This document shows positions 8,164 to 16,572 of a DNA stretch of 64,000 nucleotides, piece after piece (positions within the stretch are counted from its first letter, which is position 1; the number at the start of each line of letters is the position of its first letter). The DNA comes from a virus. The notes below the pieces were generated by a model. The model saw only the letters and a program-made list of their open reading frames with translations, did not search any database and was not told the DNA's origin. Made by a program: the position numbers and the translations under genes. The stretch spans positions 64,001 to 128,000 of the IMG/VR virus record IMGVR_UViG_3300031746_000002. One strand, given 5' to 3'.

Positions 8164-9663
8164 ATGCCAACACTACCTTTAGTATATACAGAACCTATGT
8201 GTTCAGACCCAATGACACAACTTATAAATTCATGCTTAGCAAGCATAGTATGTACAAGAGAAGAAGCTGCAATATTAAGAAAATTTAATGTATTACATAA
8301 TTTAAATCCATATTCACTTCAAGAGGAAATAAGTATAAGAGGTACTTTTCAAATTCCATTAGAAGTAACAAAAAGAAATGATATGAGTTGGGTTCCTTCT
8401 GGAGTACTTGATAGTGAAGCAGCTAAAAAATTATTAGAAGTAAGATTTAAGAATTGTAGGTTTATGTCTAATGTAGATGTGGCACATGAAGAACTTGTTT
8501 ATTCAAGAGATTCGCAAAAAGCAATTATAAGACGTTTATTAGATAGACAACTTCATGAGATTAAAACATTACATAGAAAAGAAATGAAGAAAGAAATGGA
8601 ACGAAGTAAACAATGCTTAGCTCCATTATCAATATTACCTACTCATGTAAAGGAGAATGATGCTATGGTTCTGCTTACAATGCAAGACATACGTCAAAGA
8701 TTTAATAAAATGGAAGCTGAACGATATGATATTGAAATGGGTTTTGGTGATACTCTTCTTGCTTATTCAGGGGCTACTAATATGGCAACAACTAATTATA
8801 AAAATTATGAAACTGCAGGTACTGTTACAAATGCTCAATACGGATACTTTGAAGAAACATTGCAACAGTATTACCCCCAAATTCAAATTAACCACATGAT
8901 GCCCGAAGGTACAATAATAATAGATGAACAAAGATTTGCTGAATATCCATTACATACTACGTATAGTACAACTACTGATACTAATAGTTATGAAGATTAT
9001 GCTTCAAGAATGCGGTATTATGAAATGATGGGAATTCCAAGTCCGTTTATGGCAAGTCCATACAATCCACAATTATTTGAAAATATTTCATCAGAAGCAT
9101 ATGAGTTACGAGAAAAACAACAGAAAGAAAGGCAATTCAAACTTCAATCAGCTGATGAAAAAGCACAGAAACTTTTGAAAGATATGATTAGTGAAATTGA
9201 TTTCAGACGATATAAAGAAAAAGGATATCTATTAGTTAAAGGTGAAAGTGGTAGAATTTATCGTATCTGGAATAATAATACAATGTTAGATGTTTATGAA
9301 CTAGAAGCGCATCAAAAAGATTATTCACAAAATGATAAAGACAGTCAAATGAGAATAATTAAACCTAATGAATTAGCTATACATTTATTGAAAGATGATA
9401 AGCTCACACTTCGTAGAAAACTTTGTATACATAGTCCAAGTAAAAATCTTCCGCAAACAGACGAAGTCATATTGAAATTTATCTTAGCTAAAAACGATGA
9501 AAAACGATTACTTGAAATGTCACATCATTTTATACAAAGTGAACAACCAACAGCACCTTCAGAACCATTTGGTTTTGGTCCATCACCAATTGATCCATCA
9601 AGAATAATGGATCCGAGATTATTTACTCCACAACCACATGAAAGGCTAGGGTTAATGAGATGA
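8164..9663 (+). CDS. Multi-domain hypothetical protein; N-terminal part with a degenerate HK97-capsid-like pattern, C-terminal conserved phage domain
   Basis: 499 aa; IP...SWVPSG...MSNVDVAHEEL segment; C-terminal KAQKLL...KGYLLVKGESGRIYRI...LCIH...DEKRLL. Confidence 0.5.
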   Translation: MPTLPLVYTEPMCSDPMTQLINSCLASIVCTREEAAILRKFNVLHNLNPYSLQEEISIRGTFQIPLEVTKRNDMSWVPSGVLDSEAAKKLLEVRFKNCRFMSNVDVAHEELVYSRDSQKAIIRRLLDRQLHEIKTLHRKEMKKEMERSKQCLAPLSILPTHVKENDAMVLLTMQDIRQRFNKMEAERYDIEMGFGDTLLAYSGATNMATTNYKNYETAGTVTNAQYGYFEETLQQYYPQIQINHMMPEGTIIIDEQRFAEYPLHTTYSTTTDTNSYEDYASRMRYYEMMGIPSPFMASPYNPQLFENISSEAYELREKQQKERQFKLQSADEKAQKLLKDMISEIDFRRYKEKGYLLVKGESGRIYRIWNNNTMLDVYELEAHQKDYSQNDKDSQMRIIKPNELAIHLLKDDKLTLRRKLCIHSPSKNLPQTDEVILKFILAKNDEKRLLEMSHHFIQSEQPTAPSEPFGFGPSPIDPSRIMDPRLFTPQPHERLGLMR

Positions 9664-10010
9664 AAGCTATTTACATTAAATGGGAATGTATCGAATCAGT
9701 GTTTCAACCAAAATTAATAAATGTTAATGAAATAAAAGAAACTATATATTACAGAAAATATATGGGCATAGGTATTATGGTTTCAGAAACAAAAGATAGC
9801 ATCATTTATACTCCAGCAATAAATGAAGGAAATTGTTGTTCATTAATAACAGTGCCAAAAAAATCGATTACACAATTAAAAGCTATAGACATAAACATGT
9901 TTGATGATATACTTGCAAAAGAAAATGAAAAGAAACAAAACGAACGAAAACAGAAAAAAGAAAAGAAAAAAGAAGAGAAGAACAAAGATGCAAATGGAGA
10001 TAAGAAATGA
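9660..10010 (+). CDS. Hypothetical protein
   Basis: ATGA-coupled ORF, lysine-rich tail. Confidence 0.55.
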   Translation: MKAIYIKWECIESVFQPKLINVNEIKETIYYRKYMGIGIMVSETKDSIIYTPAINEGNCCSLITVPKKSITQLKAIDINMFDDILAKENEKKQNERKQKKEKKKEEKNKDANGDKK

Positions 10011-10903
10011 AATATGTAGTGGACTATAATGTTAAAAAGAAATATGGTGGGTTTATTCCTACTAGTTTAATCACATATAAGATGCTTGCTAATGATGATG
10101 TATATAAAGATTATGGTAAACGGCTAGATGCTTTGATGGGAGATGAAATACCAATTCGTAGAGTGATTGGTGGTAATGTAAAGCAAAGGGGCGGTGGTAA
10201 ATTAGGTACTGACTATGATTTATCAAAGATCAATTCATTGCTTGCAAGATTTTTAATTAAGAAATTTACAATGCAAAATGATTTAATTTTAGATCCGTTT
10301 TTAAATAGAGGCGAAATAGGAATTGTAGCGAATGTATTGAAAAGACATTTTAAAGGTATAGACATCAGCAAACTTTATGTTGATTTCGTAAACAAACGAT
10401 GGGATACGTTGCTTAAAGAAAAAAATGAAATGATAAAACCAAACTATAGTTTCGATGTTTCTCTTGGAGATGCAACATTGATGACTGGTATTAAAGATAA
10501 TTCAATTGATGATATAATAACATCACCACCTTATTGGTATATGGAAATATATAATGATGTACCTGGAGAACTTAGCCATTACAAAAAATATAAAGACTTT
10601 TTAATTGAATATGAAAAATTTATTAAAAGAGCTTATGAAGTAATGAAACCACTTGACATTGGTGATTATAAACATTTCTTTGTTATTATAACTGGGAATG
10701 TCAGAGGACGAAAAGGATTTACAATACCATTTACTAATCATACGCAGCGGTTAGCTGTAAAGCATGGATTTAAATTATGGGATGAAATTATATATGTACG
10801 TAAAGAAATGGCTACAGTGTTTACTTACAAACGTGAAGAAGTGATGAAACGAGTTAAACGGGTGCATGAAACTGTTTCAATTTTTGTAAAGGTGGATAAA
10901 TAA
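10007..10903 (+). CDS. Amino-DNA methyltransferase (N4-C/N6-A type)
   Basis: LILDPF motif I region, GIDIS, GDA, catalytic TSPPYW, C-terminal HE-x-V-x-IF. Confidence 0.85.
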   Translation: MKYVVDYNVKKKYGGFIPTSLITYKMLANDDVYKDYGKRLDALMGDEIPIRRVIGGNVKQRGGGKLGTDYDLSKINSLLARFLIKKFTMQNDLILDPFLNRGEIGIVANVLKRHFKGIDISKLYVDFVNKRWDTLLKEKNEMIKPNYSFDVSLGDATLMTGIKDNSIDDIITSPPYWYMEIYNDVPGELSHYKKYKDFLIEYEKFIKRAYEVMKPLDIGDYKHFFVIITGNVRGRKGFTIPFTNHTQRLAVKHGFKLWDEIIYVRKEMATVFTYKREEVMKRVKRVHETVSIFVKVDK

Positions 10904-11085
10904 TGGCTGATATTAAACCACAATATCTTTGGTTGATTGAAAGAATGAAAAAATTAAAACATGGAACTATGATAATTCATATTCAAGATGGTGTACCAGT
11001 TAAAACTTCAAAGGAAGAAAGTGTTGCTGATTTTACATTTCAGGAATATCTAAAAGATATAGAAAATGAAAAGGATAAAAAATAA
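10903..11085 (+). CDS. Small YezD/DUF2292-like protein
   Basis: LKHGTMIIHIQDGVPV matches the G-x-h-x-h-x-h-QDG pattern of the family. Confidence 0.55.
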   Translation: MADIKPQYLWLIERMKKLKHGTMIIHIQDGVPVKTSKEESVADFTFQEYLKDIENEKDKK

Positions 11086-11087
11086 TT

Positions 11088-11939
11088 ATGCCAGTAGGAA
11101 TTTATAAACGAACTAAAAAAAATAGCAATAAAGGAAAGCATCTTACTAAAGAATGGTGCGATCATATAAGAAAAGGTAACTTAAAAGCTATCAAAGAAGG
11201 AAGACATAAATCTTGGAATAAGGGTTTAACAAAAGAAACAGATAAAAGATTAATGAATACAAGTAAAAATTTAAAAGGAAAAATTTCATGGAGTAAGGGA
11301 TTAACTAAAGAAAATAATTCGAGTTTAAGACATATGAGTAAATTATTAAAAAATCATACTACTTGGAATAAAGGATTAAAAAAAGATACCGACAAAAGAG
11401 TAAAAAATAGTGCAGAAAAATTAAGTAAAAAACTAATAGGACGAAAACTTTCTAAAAAGCATTGTATAAATATAGGTAAAGCAAGAATTGGTAAGCATCC
11501 GTCTATAAAAATAAGAAAAAATATGATAAAAGCTACAGCTAAAAGAATTTTTGAAGGAAAACAGAAACTTGGTACTAATGGTAAATATTCTAATGTCGTT
11601 ACTTATTTTTATTCAAAGAAAAATAATAAAACGTTTAGGACTGTTTCTAAAAACTATGAATTGAAATGTATTAAACATCTAGAAAATGATAATAATATAG
11701 TTAGTTATGATATGAATTGCTTAGCAATCAGATATTTTTATAAACAAAAATGGCATAACTATTTTCCTGATTTTATAGTAAAAGTTAAAAAAGGGAAAGA
11801 TATAATAATTGAATGTAAACCAAGTAATCATTTAAATGATGAGCAAGTCAAAATTAAGATAAAAGCAGCAAAAAAATATTGTAAGAAAAACAATACGATA
11901 TTTAAAGTTTGGACAGATGAAACAAAGGAAACCAAATGA
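11088..11939 (+). CDS. Free-standing homing endonuclease: WNKGLTK repeats plus TnsA-N-like PD-(D/E)XK domain
   Basis: Three W[NS]KGL[TK]K[ED] repeats; YE...YFPDFIV...IIECKP...KIKAAKKYC...FKVWTD. Confidence 0.8.
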   Translation: MPVGIYKRTKKNSNKGKHLTKEWCDHIRKGNLKAIKEGRHKSWNKGLTKETDKRLMNTSKNLKGKISWSKGLTKENNSSLRHMSKLLKNHTTWNKGLKKDTDKRVKNSAEKLSKKLIGRKLSKKHCINIGKARIGKHPSIKIRKNMIKATAKRIFEGKQKLGTNGKYSNVVTYFYSKKNNKTFRTVSKNYELKCIKHLENDNNIVSYDMNCLAIRYFYKQKWHNYFPDFIVKVKKGKDIIIECKPSNHLNDEQVKIKIKAAKKYCKKNNTIFKVWTDETKETK

Positions 11940-12099
11940 ACGAACTATATTATAAAAAAATTATTAAAATATTAAATCTTGATAGTTATGATACTGAAAA
12001 AATAGAAAATTTAATTAAACTATTTATAGACACAGATCCAGAGTTTAGTCCCACAATGTTTAGGCTTTGGGTTCGTAATAAATATTATTTAGGTGCAAT

Positions 12100-12330
12100 A
12101 TGAAATCGACTAAAGCAATGAAAGAACTTGACAAACAAATTAGGAAAACTATTAAAGAAATTATTAAAGACTTTGTAGGGTCACATAACGATGAAGTTAC
12201 AAGAAGCAGAATAAATTTAAAAGTTACAGAAGTATTAAACAAATTTTATCCAAAGTGCAAAGTAAAGATTAAGTTGAAGTCTAAACGAAACAGCATATAC
12301 AAATTCGAAGTTAAAGTGACTGACCTGTAA
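12100..12330 (+). CDS. Small protein resembling the C-terminal domain of a contractile tail sheath protein
   Basis: IRKTIKEIIKDFVGSHNDEVTRSRINLKVTEVL resembles the sheath-C pattern (FVG/FE-x-N-D-x-x-T-R-x-x-I...L). Confidence 0.45.
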   Translation: MKSTKAMKELDKQIRKTIKEIIKDFVGSHNDEVTRSRINLKVTEVLNKFYPKCKVKIKLKSKRNSIYKFEVKVTDL

Positions 12331-12366
12331 ACAGAGGCATGCAGTAATAAGCTGACTGTAACGAGG

Positions 12367-12414
12367 AGGGCACTTCAAATAGTAGAAATACTATCTGGAG
12401 TGCCCTGTTTTTTT
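12367..12414 (+). terminator. Strong intrinsic terminator/attenuator hairpin directly before the sigma-like gene
   Basis: AGGGCACTTCA-AATAGTA-GAAA-TACTATC-TGGAGTGCCCT followed by G and T7. Confidence 0.85.
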
Positions 12415-12825
12415 ATGAGACTATTTAAAAGAAAAAAACGATTTATAAAATTAGATTATAAATTTTTTGAAGACCAGCTTGAATATGATAAGTTTGTCGA
12501 AATACCAATGCCGATAGATAGCATATATGCATTAGCTGAAGACGCTAATGCATTACGTATATTACGAGAACGTCAAGATAAAAATAAGGAATATGTAGAA
12601 CTATTGAAACGATACATAAAACAAAAAAGATTTACCCCAATGCAAACATATGTAGTAACACTGCGTTTAGGATATACCAGAACTACATTCAAAAAAAAGT
12701 ACTATATTGGACCGCGAACAAATGCTCAAATAGCTACGATGCTAGGAATTAGTAAAGTGATGATAACTAAACACATCAAACGAGTTCGTGATAGAGTATC
12801 TCAGATTATCAAAAACAAGGGTTAA
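12415..12825 (+). CDS. Sigma70 region-4-like HTH protein, candidate late-transcription regulator
   Basis: FTPMQTYVVTLRLG...RTNAQIATMLGISKVMITKHIKRVRDRV; ATG 12415 preferred over GTG 12400, which lies inside the hairpin. Confidence 0.7.
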   Translation: MRLFKRKKRFIKLDYKFFEDQLEYDKFVEIPMPIDSIYALAEDANALRILRERQDKNKEYVELLKRYIKQKRFTPMQTYVVTLRLGYTRTTFKKKYYIGPRTNAQIATMLGISKVMITKHIKRVRDRVSQIIKNKG

Positions 12826-12844
12826 CCAATAATATTATTATATA
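12819..12844 (+). promoter_or_regulatory. Candidate late promoter/operator, copy 1 (GGGTTAACYAATAATATTATTATATA)
   Basis: 25/26 identical to 49231-49256; both precede structural operons. Confidence 0.75.
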
Positions 12845-12923
12845 TTATAGATACAAAGAAATAGCACTACAATAATTGTAAACAATTGTAGTGAGCAGAA
12901 ACTGAGAGTGAGGTAAACGAACA

Positions 12924-13736
12924 ATGATAAATGAATCAACAGGGAAGACAATCAACGATTCAAAATATTCAGATGCAGTTATTTTAATGATCCAAAAAGG
13001 AATGTCAGATAGAGCTATTGCAAGTGAACTTAAGGAAAAATATAAATTCAAAGCAGATGGACGAACAGTAAAAGCTTTTAGAGATAATTTTGTTTTGTCA
13101 AATAAAGAAACACAGAAAAAGATTGCTGAATTAAAAAAGCAACGTGAAGAAAAGATAAAGAAAATACAAGAAGAGTTACCAACAAGAATTTTTGAGTCTA
13201 TAGAGTCTAGAAATAATCATATTAAAACATTGCAAGAACAAATTAAAGTAACTTCAAAAATTCAAGGCGAAATCCATGAATTCAGAAACCAGAAGCTTAG
13301 TGATATAAAAAGTATATATGAAAAGCTTGTAGCTGAATTACTTGCTTGGAAACCAGTAATTGATAAAGAAAAAGTTGAAGACAAAAAATCAAAGCAATTA
13401 ACTCAACTAAAAGATTTGGAAATTAAGCTAGAAGAATTAAAAAAGTTACCAGTTGAAAGAGCACTTACATTATATAGAGCAAACAATGATGCACAGATTA
13501 TGAAGTGCATCGATGAAATCAGAGTGCTTCAAGGTGAGATTGAGCAATACACACAACTTTATGATTTACAAGGATTAATAGACTTCGTAGCAAAAAAGGT
13601 AATCGATATTGTTGGAATGTTAATAATCCCAGAAATAGATAAAAATAAAGTAAGCATTGTAGTACCTCGGTTTAAAGCGGAAGTATCTAAAGCAATAGAT
13701 GAGATAAAAGAAAAAACGATGCTGGAGGCAAAATGA
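12924..13736 (+). CDS. Probable terminase small subunit / HTH coiled-coil protein
   Basis: N-terminal HTH (GMSDRAIASELKEKY...RTV) plus coiled coil; first gene of the packaging operon. Confidence 0.45.
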   Translation: MINESTGKTINDSKYSDAVILMIQKGMSDRAIASELKEKYKFKADGRTVKAFRDNFVLSNKETQKKIAELKKQREEKIKKIQEELPTRIFESIESRNNHIKTLQEQIKVTSKIQGEIHEFRNQKLSDIKSIYEKLVAELLAWKPVIDKEKVEDKKSKQLTQLKDLEIKLEELKKLPVERALTLYRANNDAQIMKCIDEIRVLQGEIEQYTQLYDLQGLIDFVAKKVIDIVGMLIIPEIDKNKVSIVVPRFKAEVSKAIDEIKEKTMLEAK

Positions 13737-13942
13737 AAACTAAAGAATATACAGTACCTATAGTAGCAGGTCTTCTTCAAACAGCAGCAAATCAAATTGA
13801 AGATGCATTATTAAACGATAACCGAATAACCGAGGATAATAGAGAACTACTGAAAAAATTATATCGTAGTACACAAACATCAAGTTGTTTAGCTAATCAG
13901 TTATCTCAAAACCTCAAAACACAAAAGGAGAAAATAAAATGA
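13733..13942 (+). CDS. Hypothetical protein
   Basis: GGAGG RBS, ATGA coupling on both sides. Confidence 0.55.
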   Translation: MKTKEYTVPIVAGLLQTAANQIEDALLNDNRITEDNRELLKKLYRSTQTSSCLANQLSQNLKTQKEKIK

Positions 13943-16569
13943 AATGGTTATCTAGAATAACAGCAGTTGCAACTGAAGTTGAAGAGGTAACAAAAGAAGT
14001 ATATAGACGTACGTTTGAAGATATGGCAAAGCGCTACATTGAACTCAATAAAAAAATGGAAGAGTCAGAAGCATTAATAGAACAAGCAATAGAAGAGATC
14101 AATGCAAGACTTGAAATAGCAAAGCTTACTGAAGTTACTGAAAAAGAAGAAAATATACTTAAAGCAATGCTCTATAAATTAGAGGAGCATAAAAAATCTA
14201 TAGATGGTTGGGAATTAAAATTAGCTCAAGCAAAAAAGAAATCACTCAAATCAAAAGACTTCATAGAAGAAATAACCGAAACATTTACTGAAATTAATCC
14301 TGCCTATAAGCAAATGATAGAATTCATTGCTTCAAAACATACAGAATATCCAGAACTAGATGATATTGATACTTATAAAATAACTCTTAAAAAAGAAAAG
14401 AAAGCCGGACTTAAGATAAATGCTGCTTTTGTAGAAAAATTTAAAGCAGCATTGGGTAAGTTCATAAACTGGTTAAAAGATAAATGGGACAGCATAATTG
14501 GAAAGATAGATAAAAAATATGCTGACATTGAAGATGCTATGAAAGAATTAGAAAATGCCCCGATGTTGGTAGTTAAAGAAGCTTCAATAGAAAAAGAAGC
14601 AAAATCAATAACAATTGAAGAATATAAAGCTGGAATAGTTGATGCTGTTGAAAGAGCATTTCCAGGAAAAACTTTTAGTATTGGTGTTTCTAGTATTTTA
14701 ACAGATCAGAATTTTCATACTCCTTTAGAGGCATTAGTTGAAGCTGGAATATGTGCAAAGCCAACAAGCAAATATGATTTTATGGCTATCATTGATGCAG
14801 ACAAAAAAGAAGCAGATGATTTAACGACAGTAATAGCTGATCATGATAATAAAATAGGTTATATAGGAATGGGTGGGGATAAAGTTGTTTTAGAAGAAAC
14901 AGCTTCATTAAAAAAAGAAGCAAGAGATTGGAAATATAAAGTTTACATTCCTGTTAATGCAGATAAATATGAAGACCCAACTGATGAAGGTGCATTAGAA
15001 CTTGCAAAAATAGCAGTCAATGAAATTACAAGAATACTTTCTACTGTTCCTGCTGAAAAAGATGATCTTAAAGATCAGTTAGAAAGTGTTAAGATGGAAT
15101 TTGAAGATGTTGTAGCAGTCGAAGATTTCGATGCAGCTTTAGAAACATTATATGATATGGGAGATAGTGAATCTATTTGGATAGAGACATATGAAAAGAA
15201 AGGTTCATTAAGTAAAGAAGCAGAAGAAAAAACTTTTGAAATTCCAACAGGCAATGCTCAGCTAGTATATAGTATAGATGGCATAGTAGGTGAAGAGTTT
15301 GAAGTTGATAGAGGAGGCACAATGCTTCCTATTGGAAAATATAAAGTTGTTACAAAACCAAAAGTTGATGTAGAACATTCTGGACCCTGGGGAACTTATT
15401 CAACTATCCTTGTTGAAAGAATTGCAGGGAATAGAGTTACATTGAAAAAGAAAGCAGGAGCAGTATGTAAAGAATGCGGCAAAGATATGATGGACCCAAC
15501 AGCAAAATCATGTACTTATCCTAAAATTAAGATTGATGGGGAAATCTATAATAGAGACACAGAATATTTTGATGTAAATGAAAGATGTCATGATTGTAAC
15601 ATAGTAAATAAAAAAGGAAACATACATCATTTTGGCTGCGATATTGAAAGATGTCCAAAATGTAACGGTCAAATTATAAGCTGTGAATGCAAAAAAGAAT
15701 TTCTTATTGGTCCAGATGGACAGGAAAGCAAAGCATCAATGAAAAAAGAAGCAACATCATATACTGATTTCTTAACAAACCGCGGAACTGAAATTAAACA
15801 GGCTATTAAGCAGTTAAATGAAATTCATAAAATATATGATAGTCTTTCTGAAGAAATTCTTGATAAAGCTCATGACAAAGTAGCAGGAATATATGATAAA
15901 AATGTTCCAGATTATATAGAAGATTGGGTTGCTGATGGAGATGCAGACGTTGATAGTATTGCTAGTTTAGCACTTAGTAATCAGGACAATTATGGAACAG
16001 AAAAACAAATGATATTATATGCTATAGAAGATTTTTATAACGTGATTATGAGAGGTAGAAAAGAATCTTCATTGAGAAAGAAAGCAGATAGTTATAATCC
16101 TTATATGTATACCTCTCCAACTGGTCCAGCTACTTCAGATGCTAAAACTAATCATAAGAAATATATGGTTAAATTTAAAGAAGCTGATGGGTCATGGAAA
16201 TTCTCTACAATGGAAGATGATCTTGAAGCAGCTAAGTCACAGGCACAAGAAATATATAATAATGAAAAGAAGAAATCAAAGGTAATTGATACTACTACAA
16301 GCAATGTTATCTTTGTTATAGGTGCTGAAAATAGTGAAACACTTAAACGTTATGCAAGTTTAGATGCTGATATTGATGCAATGGAAAAAAATGAACATAA
16401 AAAACATGTTGAAGGATTTAAAAAAGCAGCATCTTTACAAGCTAACATAGAAAAAGAAGTATATCAATGTGATAATTGTCATATCAGGCTTGGTAGATTT
16501 ATAAAGCAGCTTCCAGACAGTTGCCCACGCTGTGGAAAGCAAGTAAAATTTGACAATGTAATAAGGTAG
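13939..16569 (+). CDS. Putative head polyprotein 1 (MKWL leader; small domains separated by SLxKxA linkers)
   Basis: MKWLSRITA start; linkers AGLKINA, ASIEKEA, ASLKKEA, GSLSKEA, VTLKKKA, ASMKKEA, SSLRKKA; includes Cys-rich zinc-binding modules. Confidence 0.7.
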   Translation: MKWLSRITAVATEVEEVTKEVYRRTFEDMAKRYIELNKKMEESEALIEQAIEEINARLEIAKLTEVTEKEENILKAMLYKLEEHKKSIDGWELKLAQAKKKSLKSKDFIEEITETFTEINPAYKQMIEFIASKHTEYPELDDIDTYKITLKKEKKAGLKINAAFVEKFKAALGKFINWLKDKWDSIIGKIDKKYADIEDAMKELENAPMLVVKEASIEKEAKSITIEEYKAGIVDAVERAFPGKTFSIGVSSILTDQNFHTPLEALVEAGICAKPTSKYDFMAIIDADKKEADDLTTVIADHDNKIGYIGMGGDKVVLEETASLKKEARDWKYKVYIPVNADKYEDPTDEGALELAKIAVNEITRILSTVPAEKDDLKDQLESVKMEFEDVVAVEDFDAALETLYDMGDSESIWIETYEKKGSLSKEAEEKTFEIPTGNAQLVYSIDGIVGEEFEVDRGGTMLPIGKYKVVTKPKVDVEHSGPWGTYSTILVERIAGNRVTLKKKAGAVCKECGKDMMDPTAKSCTYPKIKIDGEIYNRDTEYFDVNERCHDCNIVNKKGNIHHFGCDIERCPKCNGQIISCECKKEFLIGPDGQESKASMKKEATSYTDFLTNRGTEIKQAIKQLNEIHKIYDSLSEEILDKAHDKVAGIYDKNVPDYIEDWVADGDADVDSIASLALSNQDNYGTEKQMILYAIEDFYNVIMRGRKESSLRKKADSYNPYMYTSPTGPATSDAKTNHKKYMVKFKEADGSWKFSTMEDDLEAAKSQAQEIYNNEKKKSKVIDTTTSNVIFVIGAENSETLKRYASLDADIDAMEKNEHKKHVEGFKKAASLQANIEKEVYQCDNCHIRLGRFIKQLPDSCPRCGKQVKFDNVIR

Positions 16570-16572
16570 GCT

